Below, piece by piece: positions 53,250-62,796 of a DNA stretch of 64,000 nucleotides. The position numbers and the translations under genes were made by a program. The DNA is taken from positions 2,080,001-2,144,000 of the forward strand of contig CBDCKW010000009.1 of the NCBI GenBank assembly GCA_965218435.1. Direction: 5' to 3'. This DNA comes from Truepera sp. (lineage in GTDB: Bacteria; Deinococcota; Deinococci; Deinococcales; Trueperaceae). Positions within the stretch are counted from its first letter, which is position 1; each line of letters starts with the position of its first letter. The notes under the pieces were generated by a model. It saw only the letters and a program-made list of their open reading frames with translations, searched no databases and was not told the DNA's origin.

Positions 53250-53747
53250 GTGCTGATCTTAAACGCGTCTTACGAGCCGCTGCATGTGTGCTCGGTTAAA
53301 CGTGCCGTTGCCCTGTTGATGCACGAGATCGCCGAACGCGTCGAAGACTCGGACAAGGTGCTGCGCTCCCCGAGTCAAGTGTTCCCGGTGCCGAGCGTGA
53401 TTCGCCTTAAAAAGTTCGTCAAACGCCCACCGCGTCACCGCGTCGCCTTCAACCGTAAAAACGTCTTTCGCCGCGATGACCACACCTGTCAGTACTGCCT
53501 CAGCAAAACGAGTGACCTGACTTTAGACCACGTAACGCCGAGGAGCCGGGGCGGAGGGACGAGCTGGGAAAATGTCGTGGCGTGCTGTCGGCGCTGCAAC
53601 GCCAAAAAACGTGACCGCACGCCCGAAGAGGCGGCGATGCTCCTGAGACGTAAGCCCTACGCGCCCCGCTTTATGTTTTCGTCGGCGTACGGGATTTTGC
53701 CCAACATTGACAAGATTTGGGAAAAGTATCTGCCTCGTAGCGGCTAA
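53250..53747 (+). CDS. HNH endonuclease-family protein (true start probably upstream)
   Basis: Motifs LNASYEPL, PSVIRL, RD..CQYC, TLDHVTPRSRGG and CRRCN. Confidence 0.9.
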   Translation: MLILNASYEPLHVCSVKRAVALLMHEIAERVEDSDKVLRSPSQVFPVPSVIRLKKFVKRPPRHRVAFNRKNVFRRDDHTCQYCLSKTSDLTLDHVTPRSRGGGTSWENVVACCRRCNAKKRDRTPEEAAMLLRRKPYAPRFMFSSAYGILPNIDKIWEKYLPRSG

Positions 53748-53802
53748 GTAGCGTAGCAGCATCCATCACCAAGCGTAAAGCGTAATCACAAGAGGTTACA
53801 AG

Positions 53803-54345
53803 GTGAAGTGGAAACGCCTCAGTTCTAAAAAAATCGTCGGTGACCGGTGGTTATCGTTAAGGGCAGATACATGTGAGCTGCCAAATGGTCAAGTTATAAA
53901 GCCTTACTACGTTTTAGAAGAAAAAGAGTACGTTCACGTCTACGCGCAAAACGAGCAAGGTCAAATCTTAGTCGTCGAGCAGTACCGTTATGCGGCGGAC
54001 GCGCTTTGCGCTGAACTTCCCGGCGGCATTGCCGAAGACGGCGAAGCCTTGCTCGAGGCGGCTAAACGCGAACTTTTAGAAGAGACAGGGTACGCTGCCG
54101 AGACCTGGATCAAGGTAGGTCATTCGTTTGCCAATCCCGCGAGGCAAACCAACCGAGTTCACGTCTTTTTAGCCCAAAACCTTGTACGTCAAGCGGAGCA
54201 AAAGCTCGACGAAACCGAAGCCATCTCGTGTAGCTTTGTCTCTATAGCTGACATCAAACGCATGATTGCAGAAGCGAAATTTTCTCAAGCTTTGCATATC
54301 GCCTCTTTTTACACAGCTTTAGAAGCTTCGCGGTTACCGTTGTGA
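53803..54345 (+). CDS. NUDIX hydrolase
   Basis: Nudix box GIAEDGEALLEAAKRELLEETG and QYRY. Confidence 0.9.
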   Translation: MKWKRLSSKKIVGDRWLSLRADTCELPNGQVIKPYYVLEEKEYVHVYAQNEQGQILVVEQYRYAADALCAELPGGIAEDGEALLEAAKRELLEETGYAAETWIKVGHSFANPARQTNRVHVFLAQNLVRQAEQKLDETEAISCSFVSIADIKRMIAEAKFSQALHIASFYTALEASRLPL

Positions 54346-54378
54346 CTTTTGGCTGAGCGTAGTAGCATTTAGGTCCGG

Positions 54379-54804
54379 ATGAGAATCAGAAAAGCAACTG
54401 AAGCCGACAGCGCAGAGGTCAAGGCTCTTGACACGGTTGTGCCGCTTGACGCGACCAGGGCCGAGCAGATTGATACGTGGCTGGGGCGCGACGAGGTTTT
54501 GGTAGCTGAAGACGGGCAGATCGTGGGTTACGGCGTTTTTAACCATGCCTTTTTTCGGCGGGGCAACGTTGACATGCTGATGATTCACCCCGACTGCCGG
54601 GGGCAGAAGATCGGTGAATACCTGTTACGTGAGCTTGAAAACCTGTGTGATACCCCAAAACTTTGGGTGACGACCAACATGTCAAATCACCGGATGCAGC
54701 GTCTTTTAACGCGTTTAGGTTATGAACCTGCGGGTTACATTCATGAACTCGACCCCGGTGACCCCGAACTCATTTTCTGCAAACGTTTGGCGCAACCTCG
54801 TTAG
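54379..54804 (+). CDS. GNAT-family acetyltransferase
   Basis: Motif A HPDCRGQKIG, plus SNHRMQ and LDPGDPE. Confidence 0.88.
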   Translation: MRIRKATEADSAEVKALDTVVPLDATRAEQIDTWLGRDEVLVAEDGQIVGYGVFNHAFFRRGNVDMLMIHPDCRGQKIGEYLLRELENLCDTPKLWVTTNMSNHRMQRLLTRLGYEPAGYIHELDPGDPELIFCKRLAQPR

Positions 54805-55007
54805 GCGCTGCCGAGGCGTTAGACACGTCGGCTAAAAGTGTAGAGCTATCACGACGTGACGCGTTACCGAAACGTCTGAACCCGTAAGCTTGCGACGTTA
54901 GTCAAAATGAGCTACCCGGTAAAAAAACCTTTATACTTACCGAGGTTGACTGCGACATTATTCGCTGAACGTGTCACACGCGCTCAGCTCAACTGAAAGG
55001 AGCTAAG

Positions 55008-55196
55008 ATGCTCTCGTTTGTCATCCCCGAAGACCCGCGCGTTCCCGACCCTAACGTCCCACCAATCCCTCCCATAGACCCGGCCGAGCCGCCGCCCATC
55101 GGCGACCCCGATACGCACGAGCCGCCGCTGGAGGACCCTGACCCGCACGAGCCGCCCGTTCAGGAGCCGCCGCCCGGTTGGGGTGATAGGGCGTAG
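55008..55196 (+). CDS. small proline/acid-rich protein
   Basis: AAAGGAG RBS plus ATG, host-like codons, and internal PDxHEPP repeats. Confidence 0.65.
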   Translation: MLSFVIPEDPRVPDPNVPPIPPIDPAEPPPIGDPDTHEPPLEDPDPHEPPVQEPPPGWGDRA

Positions 55197-55242
55197 CTGT
55201 ATTTAGGTCGTGGGACAGGGCTCGAGCCGGTACACTTAACGC

Positions 55243-55835
55243 ATGGCTGGACCTATCCTCGAGCGGTTTTTCAGCGTTTTGGAGCACGACCTTTTACCCT
55301 TGACCGAGCAGGGCGTCGCGCAAGGAAACAAGGTCTTCGGCGCAGCAATTTTGCGTAAAAGTGACCTGAGCCTCGTCGTTGCGGGCACCGACGAAGAGAC
55401 GCTCAACCCACTGTGGAACCCACTGTGGCACGGTGAAATAAGTTGCCTCAACCGTTTTTGGGCGCTTCCAAAACGGCCCGACCCGAAAGATTGTCTATTT
55501 TTGTCGAGCCACGAACCCTGCTCTTTGTGCCTGTCGGCGATTACCTGGAGCGGGTTTGACAACTTTTACTACCTGGTTAGCTATGAAGACTCGAGAGACG
55601 CCTTTAAGATTCCGCACGACCTGAATTAGATGAGGTTCCCGCGTGTAAAAACGGCGCTTACCGGAGGCGCAACGCGTTCTGGACGAGTTACACCTTGCTG
55701 GCGCTGATAGATGAAGCAGCGGCAGCGCAAAGAGCAGGGTGGTGGGGGCGGGTTGAAAAACTGTGCGCGGCTTATGCCCAACTTTCAGACGTTTATCAGA
55801 CCCATAAAGCCGAGCAAAACATCCCGCTCGACTAG
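55243..55835 (+). pseudogene. zinc-dependent nucleoside/nucleotide deaminase, disrupted
   Basis: HGE and EPCSLC motifs. The ORF stops at 55629, but family-like sequence continues in other frames (GAYRRRNAFW...NIPLD*). A 12-nt duplication gives NPLWNPLW. Confidence 0.75.
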
Positions 55836-55880
55836 GGCCTGATACCTGCGTGTTTTCGGGCTCAGAGTTTGCAGCTTCAG

Positions 55881-56837
55881 CTAAACGACCTTGATGACAA
55901 TTTTGCCGTACACGTCTTCGCCGCCCGACTCGAGCTTCCGGTGTGCGTCGGCTACTTCTGTCAGCGGGTAGGTGTGGCTGATGACTGACTTTAGCCGTCC
56001 CCACTCGAACAGGTTTCGCATGGCCCCCAACTTCTCTTTGGCGTTTTCTAAATGCACGAAGCTGACGCTGATGTTGCGCCGCATCGCCGGATTCAGGTCG
56101 CCCTGTGCCCCGGTCACGGTGACGATCTTGCCCCCCGGCCGGACTGCACCGATACTCGGCGCGACGAGCTTACCGCCTGCAGCGTCGAGCGCAACGTCAA
56201 CCCCGACGCCCACCGTTTCACGCATCACGACCTCCGTAAAGTCTTCCGTGCGGTAGTCCACCACGACGTCGGCCCCGAGCGACGAGACGAGCTCGGCGTC
56301 ATAACTGCCGCAGGTGGCAATCACGAACGCCCCTGCCGCGTGCGCGAGCTGCACCGCAAAGGTGCCGACACCGCCCCCTGCTCCGTGAAGCAGGACGCGT
56401 TGTCCGAGCCTCAGGTCGGCGGCAGTGATGAGCGCGGCGTAGGCCGTGCCCCCTGCAACGGGCACCGCCGCCGCCTCTGCAAACGACAGGTTTTTTGGTT
56501 TAAGCGTGGCTGCGCTGGCGGCGACCGCGTGGTATTCGGCGTTTGCGCCGCTACGTGGGTCGGTCAGTTCGACGGCGTAGTATACCTCGTCGCCTTCATG
56601 AAATGCCTCGACGTTCGCCCCGACCTGCTCAACCACGCCCGCCACATCAAAACCGAGCACCAGCGGCGTTTTCATCATCGCACCGAACATTCCGCTGCGC
56701 AGGCCCACATCAGCTGGATTGACCGAAGTCGCATAGACCTTGACGAGCAAGTCGTTCGGGCCGATGTCAGGGACGTTCCGCTCTTGTAACTCGAGGTTCT
56801 CCGCTGAACCGAATTCTGTTAAGACCACTGCTTTCAT
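55881..56837 (-). CDS. MDR-family NADPH:quinone oxidoreductase-like protein
   Basis: Motifs SVNPAD, LGFDVAG, HGAGGGVG and GKIVI. Confidence 0.88.
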   Translation of the reverse strand: MKAVVLTEFGSAENLELQERNVPDIGPNDLLVKVYATSVNPADVGLRSGMFGAMMKTPLVLGFDVAGVVEQVGANVEAFHEGDEVYYAVELTDPRSGANAEYHAVAASAATLKPKNLSFAEAAAVPVAGGTAYAALITAADLRLGQRVLLHGAGGGVGTFAVQLAHAAGAFVIATCGSYDAELVSSLGADVVVDYRTEDFTEVVMRETVGVGVDVALDAAGGKLVAPSIGAVRPGGKIVTVTGAQGDLNPAMRRNISVSFVHLENAKEKLGAMRNLFEWGRLKSVISHTYPLTEVADAHRKLESGGEDVYGKIVIKVV

Positions 56838-56891
56838 AAGCCCCCTGGATCAAGCTTGATTCCTCTTGGTTTACTGACGCCGTTTATCAGT

Positions 56892-57784
56892 AGACCTCCG
56901 GCGAAAGTCACGTAACTTGTAGGTCATAATTATAGAGCGCAGCGATGAGGTTGAGCCTGAGACCGAAACGGCGTCTTCTATGACGGTAAGTTTCTTTAAG
57001 AACGCGGAAGACTTTGAGCTTACGAATGACATGTTCAGCTACGATGCGTTCTCTGGCCAAGGTGCGGTTATGAGCTTTTTGTTCATAAGTGAGTACCTTG
57101 CCACGCCAGCGCTTATGCGGGGTGCGGCTGTTAGCGTGGAACTTAGCAACGCCTTGAAAGCCGCTGTCTGAGAGGAGTTGGGTGTCTTTATACAAGTGCT
57201 GGGCACAGCGACTCTGCTCGAGTAGCTTGAAGTCGTGTCGGCGTCCTTTGCCATAAGCTGTACTAAGGATGCACTTTGTCTTTAGGTTGACAAAAACCTG
57301 GCTCTTTTGCGTATGCTGTTTTTTCTTACCCGAGTAGTAAGCCCGCTGTTTTTTTGGGGCGTTCAATCGGTGATTCGGCGATGTCTACCACGACGACTTC
57401 TAAGTTGTGGTCATCGCGCAGTGCTTTACGCCCCGGTAGCGTGAAATCGCCCAAGCTGATGAGTGCTTCTTCCACTCGTTCTATCGTCCGCCGCACCGTA
57501 CTTTCGTCAACCTGCCAGTCCTCTGCAAGATGAAAGTGCGTCCGATACTCTCGCCAAAAAGAAAGCGTCAGTACAAGTTGGTCTTCTAAACCTAAAGCGG
57601 GCGTGCGCCCTCGTTTCTTTTTCTTTAGCTCTCGTGCTTTAAGTATCTCTAACATTTTCGCAAACGTCGGCGGCTTGACCCCAAGTTTGCGCTTGAACTT
57701 CTCAGTCGGTAATGCCAGACTTCGCACGGTTTGCTCTCGCATTCTTACAGTCTGTCATCTTTGACCTACTTTCGCCGGAGGTCT
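56892..57784 (-). mobile_element. intact IS5-family element (ISL2/IS702-like group)
   Basis: Perfect 17-bp terminal IRs AGACCTCCGGCGAAAGT (56892-56908 and 57768-57784), flanked by a 3-bp direct repeat AGT. Confidence 0.93.
56908..57742 (-). CDS. IS5-family DDE transposase in two ORFs joined by a -1 frameshift
   Basis: orfA (57326-57742: HTH, VVVD..E.PIERPKK) and orfB (56908-57366: YSGKKKQHT, DSGFQG, RIVAEH) overlap at an A7 run (57349-57355). Confidence 0.88.
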
Positions 57785-57791
57785 AGTGTGT

Positions 57792-58673
57792 TTAAGAAAA
57801 CGCCTCTTGATGACGCTCTACCCACGTTTCTAAAGTTGTAAGTTCTACGGGGATTTTCGTGAGCGCCCCTTCGATATCAACCTGTGAAGAGAACAACTCA
57901 GGTTTTTCGTAAGCCACTGCGTACCCCTGCGCTGCCCCTTGACCCATCCCCGGAAACACTGCATCGAGTTTTTCGCCGAACTCCTCGGCGGGCATCGCCC
58001 GAAAGGTGATCTCGCGGCCCAAGGCGCGGCTGAAGCGTTCAGCAACCTCTTGTCCGTTGAGCCGCTCCGGGCCACTGATATTGAGGTTTAAGGGAGCTAA
58101 GTCGGGATGGGCGAACACGTAAGTAGCAAACGTGCCGACATCTTCGGTCGCCAACCACTGCATCTTGACCCCCAAAGGTGTCGGATAGGCAAACGTGTTC
58201 TCTTGGACAAGCTCTTCACGGGTCCACGGACCTAAGAAGTTCTCCATATAGGCGGTCGGCTGCAAGACCACGTAAGGGACGCCGCTCCCGGTAATCACAT
58301 CTAAGATGTCGAGCCGCATATCAAAGGCAGGATTCGCTCCCCTGACAGGCGGAATCTCGCCGCTGGCGTTCCAGACGAGCAGCTTGACGCCTGTGTCGGC
58401 AGCAGCTGCCACAGCGTTTTTGGCGTAGGTGAGGCCGTCGTCCGGGCGTTCGGTAAAAAACGGGATGTGTAAAAAGACACCTTCAGTACCCTCGGAAGCT
58501 TTCGCTAAGCTCTCCGCGTCGGCCATATCGCCCTGACAAACCTGTGCGCTCTCCAAACCCTGAACTTTGCTCGGGTCTCTCGTCAAGATGCGGACCGTGT
58601 GCCCCGCTACCAACAACTTACGAGCGACCGGCCCACCCTGTGACCCCGTGGCCCCGTAACTTAAAATCTTCAC
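57792..58673 (-). CDS. NmrA-family NAD(P)-binding protein
   Basis: Motifs YGATGSQGG, PTAYMEN and EDVG. AGGAGG RBS before the GTG. Confidence 0.88.
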   Translation of the reverse strand: MKILSYGATGSQGGPVARKLLVAGHTVRILTRDPSKVQGLESAQVCQGDMADAESLAKASEGTEGVFLHIPFFTERPDDGLTYAKNAVAAAADTGVKLLVWNASGEIPPVRGANPAFDMRLDILDVITGSGVPYVVLQPTAYMENFLGPWTREELVQENTFAYPTPLGVKMQWLATEDVGTFATYVFAHPDLAPLNLNISGPERLNGQEVAERFSRALGREITFRAMPAEEFGEKLDAVFPGMGQGAAQGYAVAYEKPELFSSQVDIEGALTKIPVELTTLETWVERHQEAFS

Positions 58674-58792
58674 GCCAACCTCCTACGAGGAGCCTACCGC
58701 TTATGCTTTTGTAAATAAAGTAGTTACATATTTTTTATATAGTTTCAATTTATGAACTCTGGTGACGCGAAGCGGAGTGCTAAGATGGGGTC

Positions 58793-59161
58793 ATGAATGA
58801 GGTTATAGGCAGTACCAAGGCAGACGACGCACTAACCGACGCCTACGCCCAAAGAGTCAGGGACGACGCCCGCTGCACCGTTGAACGTTCCGCCGACGTC
58901 TTGAGCGGCAAATGGACGACGCTGATCTTAAGAGATTTACTCGGAGGACCCAAGCGTTTCGGTGAACTGCGGCGCTCGCTTGTAGGCGTCAGCCCCAAAA
59001 CCCTGACGGATAGACTTAAGAGCCTCGAGGCCGAAGGCGTGTTGACCCGGACGCTCTACCCGGAGATGCCGCCCCGCACCGAGTACCGGCTGACCGAAAA
59101 AGGTGCGGCCCTCCGCCCCGTGATCGAAGCGATGGCCGCGTGGGGCGAGGTGTGGACGTAA
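58793..59161 (+). CDS. HxlR-family winged-helix regulator
   Basis: Redox-type Cys in RCTVE, plus GKWT..ILRDL, RFGEL and PPRTEYRLT. Divergent from the NmrA gene across an AT-rich operator region. Confidence 0.92.
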   Translation: MNEVIGSTKADDALTDAYAQRVRDDARCTVERSADVLSGKWTTLILRDLLGGPKRFGELRRSLVGVSPKTLTDRLKSLEAEGVLTRTLYPEMPPRTEYRLTEKGAALRPVIEAMAAWGEVWT

Positions 59162-59172
59162 AGATTAAGGGT

Positions 59173-60780
59173 TTAAGACGGTGTGGCCGACGCTAACAGA
59201 GACGTCCAGTTGACGTTTTGGTCGCGGAGATCGTCCGCTGAAGGCAGCGTACCGAGCCGCAAACACTCTTCTACCGCGCAGAGGTCGGTATCGCGCCCTA
59301 CGCCGAAGACAGCCCGGAGTTTACCGTTCTCTAAGTAATAGGCTAAAAACTTCTGCGCCCCCACGTCGCCGTCTACAACGACTTCGTCCCAGTTTTCGGC
59401 GTGCCCAACGTAGCGAAACGACGTGCCGTACTGCTGCGTCCAAAAAAAGGCGACATCACCAAACTTACTCTCTTGGCCTGCCATGTTTTGACCTGCCATA
59501 TTGTGCGCCGCCGCCCGACCGTGCTGCATCGCCAGACGCCAGTGTTCGACGCGGATAGGCTGACCGGTCAGGGCGTCGGGATAGCGGGCGTGGTCACCGG
59601 CGGCGTAGATAGGGCCATAGTCACCGATAAGCCGCAGCGTAGCGTCTACCGACACGCTGCCATCGTCGTTCAGCTCAGCGCCGTCTATCGTCGGTAAGGT
59701 CGGTTTAACCCCTATCCCGACGACGACGAGATCGGCGGGCAATTCGCGCCCATCCTCCAAAACAACCTGCTCAACCCGAGCGTCCCCGAGAAACCGTGTG
59801 ACCTGCTGTTCGGCGACGAACTCGACCCCGTTGTCTTCGTGAAGGTTGCGGAACATTTCCCCGACTTCCGTGCCAAAAAGTCCCTCGAAAGGAACTGCTT
59901 GCGGGGTCACGACCGTCACCGCCAGCCCGCGCTGACGGAGCGACGCGGCGCACTCGAGCCCGATAAAACTCCCACCGACGACAACCGCCCGCTGGCCCTC
60001 TTCAGCCGCAGCAACCAACTGCTCGGCGTCATGCAGTGTGCGCAGGTAAAACACACCGCTCAGGTCGTTGCTAGGAACCTCCAGAGAAACCGGTGTGCTT
60101 CCCGAAGCGAGCAGCAACGCGTCGTAATGCAGGGTGTCGCCGTTTTGAAAGGTAAGCTGCTGCGCTGCCGGGTCAACTTGCGTAACAGTCTGATTGGTCA
60201 AGAGCTCGAGGCCGTACTTGTCATAAAACGACGCGTCACGTAGCGGTTTGGAGTCTGCTGCGCCCGCCAAAAAGCCTTTACTCAGCATCGTGCGGTCGTA
60301 CGGCGCAGTTTCCTCTTGCGTGATGAGCACCACGCGGCCCCGAAAGCCATCTTCGCGCAGCGTCTGCGCCGCCGTGGTCCCGGCTGCACCTGCGCCGACG
60401 ATCACAAACACGCGCGTGTCGGCGCTATCTGCTGTGGCCAGCTCTGGAAGGCGGTCTTTAGGTATATCGTCCTCGTCAGGAAGCGTGACGAAAAGCGCGT
60501 CGCCTTTATGCGTGACCTCGAAATGGGCCAGCGCGTCGAGTGAGGGGGGCTCGAGCAGATCGCCGGTTTGGGCTGAAAAACAGGCGTGGTGCCACGGGCA
60601 CATAAGCCGCGACCCGTTTAGAACGCCCTGAGCTAAAGGCGCACCCTTGTGCGGACAGGTGGCCTGAAACGCGGCGATATGGCTCCCGGTACGAACCAAC
60701 AGCAGGTCGGTGTCCCCGGCCGTAACTGCTTTTAGCTCACCGTCTTGAAGGTCACTTTGCTGAGCTACTTGAAAAGTCAT
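59173..60780 (-). CDS. Rieske [2Fe-2S] plus FAD/NAD(P)H reductase fusion (AIFM3-like)
   Basis: Rieske motifs CPH and CPWH, plus GAGAAG, YDRTMLSK, GGSFIGLE, RVEHW and FFWT. ATG at 60780. Confidence 0.9.
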   Translation of the reverse strand: MTFQVAQQSDLQDGELKAVTAGDTDLLLVRTGSHIAAFQATCPHKGAPLAQGVLNGSRLMCPWHHACFSAQTGDLLEPPSLDALAHFEVTHKGDALFVTLPDEDDIPKDRLPELATADSADTRVFVIVGAGAAGTTAAQTLREDGFRGRVVLITQEETAPYDRTMLSKGFLAGAADSKPLRDASFYDKYGLELLTNQTVTQVDPAAQQLTFQNGDTLHYDALLLASGSTPVSLEVPSNDLSGVFYLRTLHDAEQLVAAAEEGQRAVVVGGSFIGLECAASLRQRGLAVTVVTPQAVPFEGLFGTEVGEMFRNLHEDNGVEFVAEQQVTRFLGDARVEQVVLEDGRELPADLVVVGIGVKPTLPTIDGAELNDDGSVSVDATLRLIGDYGPIYAAGDHARYPDALTGQPIRVEHWRLAMQHGRAAAHNMAGQNMAGQESKFGDVAFFWTQQYGTSFRYVGHAENWDEVVVDGDVGAQKFLAYYLENGKLRAVFGVGRDTDLCAVEECLRLGTLPSADDLRDQNVNWTSLLASATPS

Positions 60781-60920
60781 CAACTCTCCCGACGTTTGGA
60801 TTGCCTTAAGTCTAAATTGTCTCAAGTCTAACGAACGTCCCGTGCTAGAGCGTAGTGCCAAGCCGCATTTGGCTTAACTTCAGCCGGTAGACGCACGCTG
60901 ATAAGGCACCCGGCCTAAAA

Positions 60921-61607
60921 TCATAACGACACCCGGCCGATCAGCTGAGCCGCTGGCTGGCCGTCACCTCGGGGCTCGAGCCCGACCTCAAACGCGTCAA
61001 ACCCTTCCGTATTTAGCGGTAACAGGCGGTCTACTGTAGTCCCCAAGTCGGTACGGTTCACGCCTTTAAGTCCCCAGACCCGGTAGACCATCCCGCGGGG
61101 CGGGTTGTCTTTTTGTACGAGTAGGGCGCGGCCGTCCGGATAGGTACAAATCACCCCCGGAAACGCGTCGCCGCCACCTTGAAGCGGGCGGATGGTCAGG
61201 TCGGGGTGGTTCATCCAGGCGGCTAACGCAGCTTGCTCGTGCCCGAGCTTTGTAAGCTGCTGGTTTTGCTTAAGACCCCAACCCAGACTGCCGAGCAGCA
61301 GCAAACATACCGCGGCCAGTGCCCAACGCCCGACCGTTTGACGAGCAAAGGCCGAGCGCCGTGAGCGCCGCGGCGCACCACCCGGAGATACTAGAGACGC
61401 GCGGCGGGCCTGAAGTTTACGCCACGCATCTTCGGGTGGTTTTTGGAGCGACAACGCGTCAGGCAGGGCGTAAAACGTCGCTTGTAAGCGTTTAACCCTT
61501 TCTCGGCACTCCGCGCAGCCCTCAAGGTGCGCCTCGAGCGCCCGCGCTTCTTCGGGAGCTAAAGAGCCGAGCACATAGTCAGCGAGGGTTTCGGTCGGCC
61601 GGCTCAT
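60921..61607 (-). CDS. anti-sigma factor (zinc-binding HxxxCxxC, TM, RskA-like C-terminus)
   Basis: Motifs YVLGSL and HLEGCAEC, a TM helix, then VYRVWG and VGLEPRG. Confidence 0.85.
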   Translation of the reverse strand: MSRPTETLADYVLGSLAPEEARALEAHLEGCAECRERVKRLQATFYALPDALSLQKPPEDAWRKLQARRASLVSPGGAPRRSRRSAFARQTVGRWALAAVCLLLLGSLGWGLKQNQQLTKLGHEQAALAAWMNHPDLTIRPLQGGGDAFPGVICTYPDGRALLVQKDNPPRGMVYRVWGLKGVNRTDLGTTVDRLLPLNTEGFDAFEVGLEPRGDGQPAAQLIGRVSL

Positions 61608-62137
61608 ACGTCGTCCAATAAGGTGTGGAGTTTAAGCAGCGCGCGGCGCAGCTTGCTTTTAAGGGTACCGAGTGGGAGGTGGTGACGCGCGGCCAACTGC
61701 TCATGACTTATCCCTTCATAAAATGACGCCTCGAGCAGTGTTCGTTCTTGCAGACTAAGCTGTGAAAGCGCGTCGTGCACAGCGATATTAGAGAGTGTAT
61801 CAGCTTCTTGCGGCGCAGCGAGAGAGGCGGCTACCAGCGAGATGTCGTAGTCGGTCGTAACCGGGGTGCGCTTACGAACCCGGAGCCTTGAAAGTGCCTG
61901 GTTACGGGCAATGGCGTAGATAAACGTTTTTAAGGGCGCGCGTTCGGCGTCGAAACGTGACGCCTCCTGGTAGAGCTTTAGAAAGGTATCTTGCAAGACC
62001 TCTTCCGCCTCCTCTCGGCTTTTCAAAATCTGGAGCGCCAACGTAAAAACAGGGGCGGCGTAACGCTTATAGAGATTTTCTGCCGCGTCACCGTGTCCTT
62101 GGGCTACTCGCTGAATAAGCTCGTCGTCCGTCACCAT
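61604..62137 (-). CDS. ECF sigma factor (SigK-like)
   Basis: Region 2 AEEVLQDTF...IARNQA and region 4 PLGTLKSKLRRAL. Confidence 0.92.
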   Translation of the reverse strand: MVTDDELIQRVAQGHGDAAENLYKRYAAPVFTLALQILKSREEAEEVLQDTFLKLYQEASRFDAERAPLKTFIYAIARNQALSRLRVRKRTPVTTDYDISLVAASLAAPQEADTLSNIAVHDALSQLSLQERTLLEASFYEGISHEQLAARHHLPLGTLKSKLRRALLKLHTLLDDV

Positions 62138-62150
62138 GCGTTACTAAACC

Positions 62151-62179
62151 ATACGCTCAGCGGCCCGGCTTTAGATGCA
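62151..62179 (-). promoter_or_regulatory. ECF-type promoter of the sigma/anti-sigma operon
   Basis: Minus strand reads TGCATCTAA-N15-CGTAT. Confidence 0.75.
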
Positions 62180-62201
62180 TTTATGGGTCTTGAGTCTTCG
62201 G

Positions 62202-62230
62202 TGCATCTAACGCCGCCTGTTCGGTCGTAT
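62202..62230 (+). promoter_or_regulatory. ECF-type promoter of the secreted-protein operon
   Basis: Plus strand reads TGCATCTAA-N15-CGTAT, with the same boxes and spacing as the divergent copy. Confidence 0.75.
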
Positions 62231-62307
62231 TGAAGGGTGAAAGGAGAGTTCGACCACCCGCCCACGCCCTGCCAGCTAAACCTCTCGACCTATGAAAGGA
62301 AACACTT

Positions 62308-62724
62308 ATGAAACAACTTCTCTTAAGCCTCCTCGCCACCCTGGGCGTTTTCGCCCTAGCCCAGAGCACGACGCCTGCAACCGTTGATGTCTCTCAAAAT
62401 GAGGCGTTAGGCAAGTTTCTGGTAGACGCCGACGGGATGACGCTCTATCTGTTTACGATGGATACAAAAGACTCGAGTAATTGCTACGACGACTGCGCGG
62501 CCGCGTGGCCCCCACTTTTAACCACCGACCCGGCTGTTGCCGGTAAGGGCGTAGACGCGTCTTTACTCGGTACAGCGGCACGTAAAGACGGCGCGACCCA
62601 AGTGACTTATGATGGTCACCCGCTCTACACGTGGTCGAAAGACAAAGCGCCGGGTGACACCACGGGGCAAGCCGTAGGGGACGTTTGGTACGTCGTCTCC
62701 CCCGCCGGGGAAACCGCGAAATAG
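62308..62724 (+). CDS. COG4315-family secreted protein (Yx(FWY)xxD repeats)
   Basis: Signal peptide, GMTLYLFTMD, CYDDCAAAWPP, PLYTWSKD and WYVV. Confidence 0.88.
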   Translation: MKQLLLSLLATLGVFALAQSTTPATVDVSQNEALGKFLVDADGMTLYLFTMDTKDSSNCYDDCAAAWPPLLTTDPAVAGKGVDASLLGTAARKDGATQVTYDGHPLYTWSKDKAPGDTTGQAVGDVWYVVSPAGETAK

Positions 62725-62796
62725 ATGCAGCCGTCAAAACCCGCTGCGCTAACCTGCAGCTAATCTATGGATAAATTTACCTTAACCGGGGGAACG

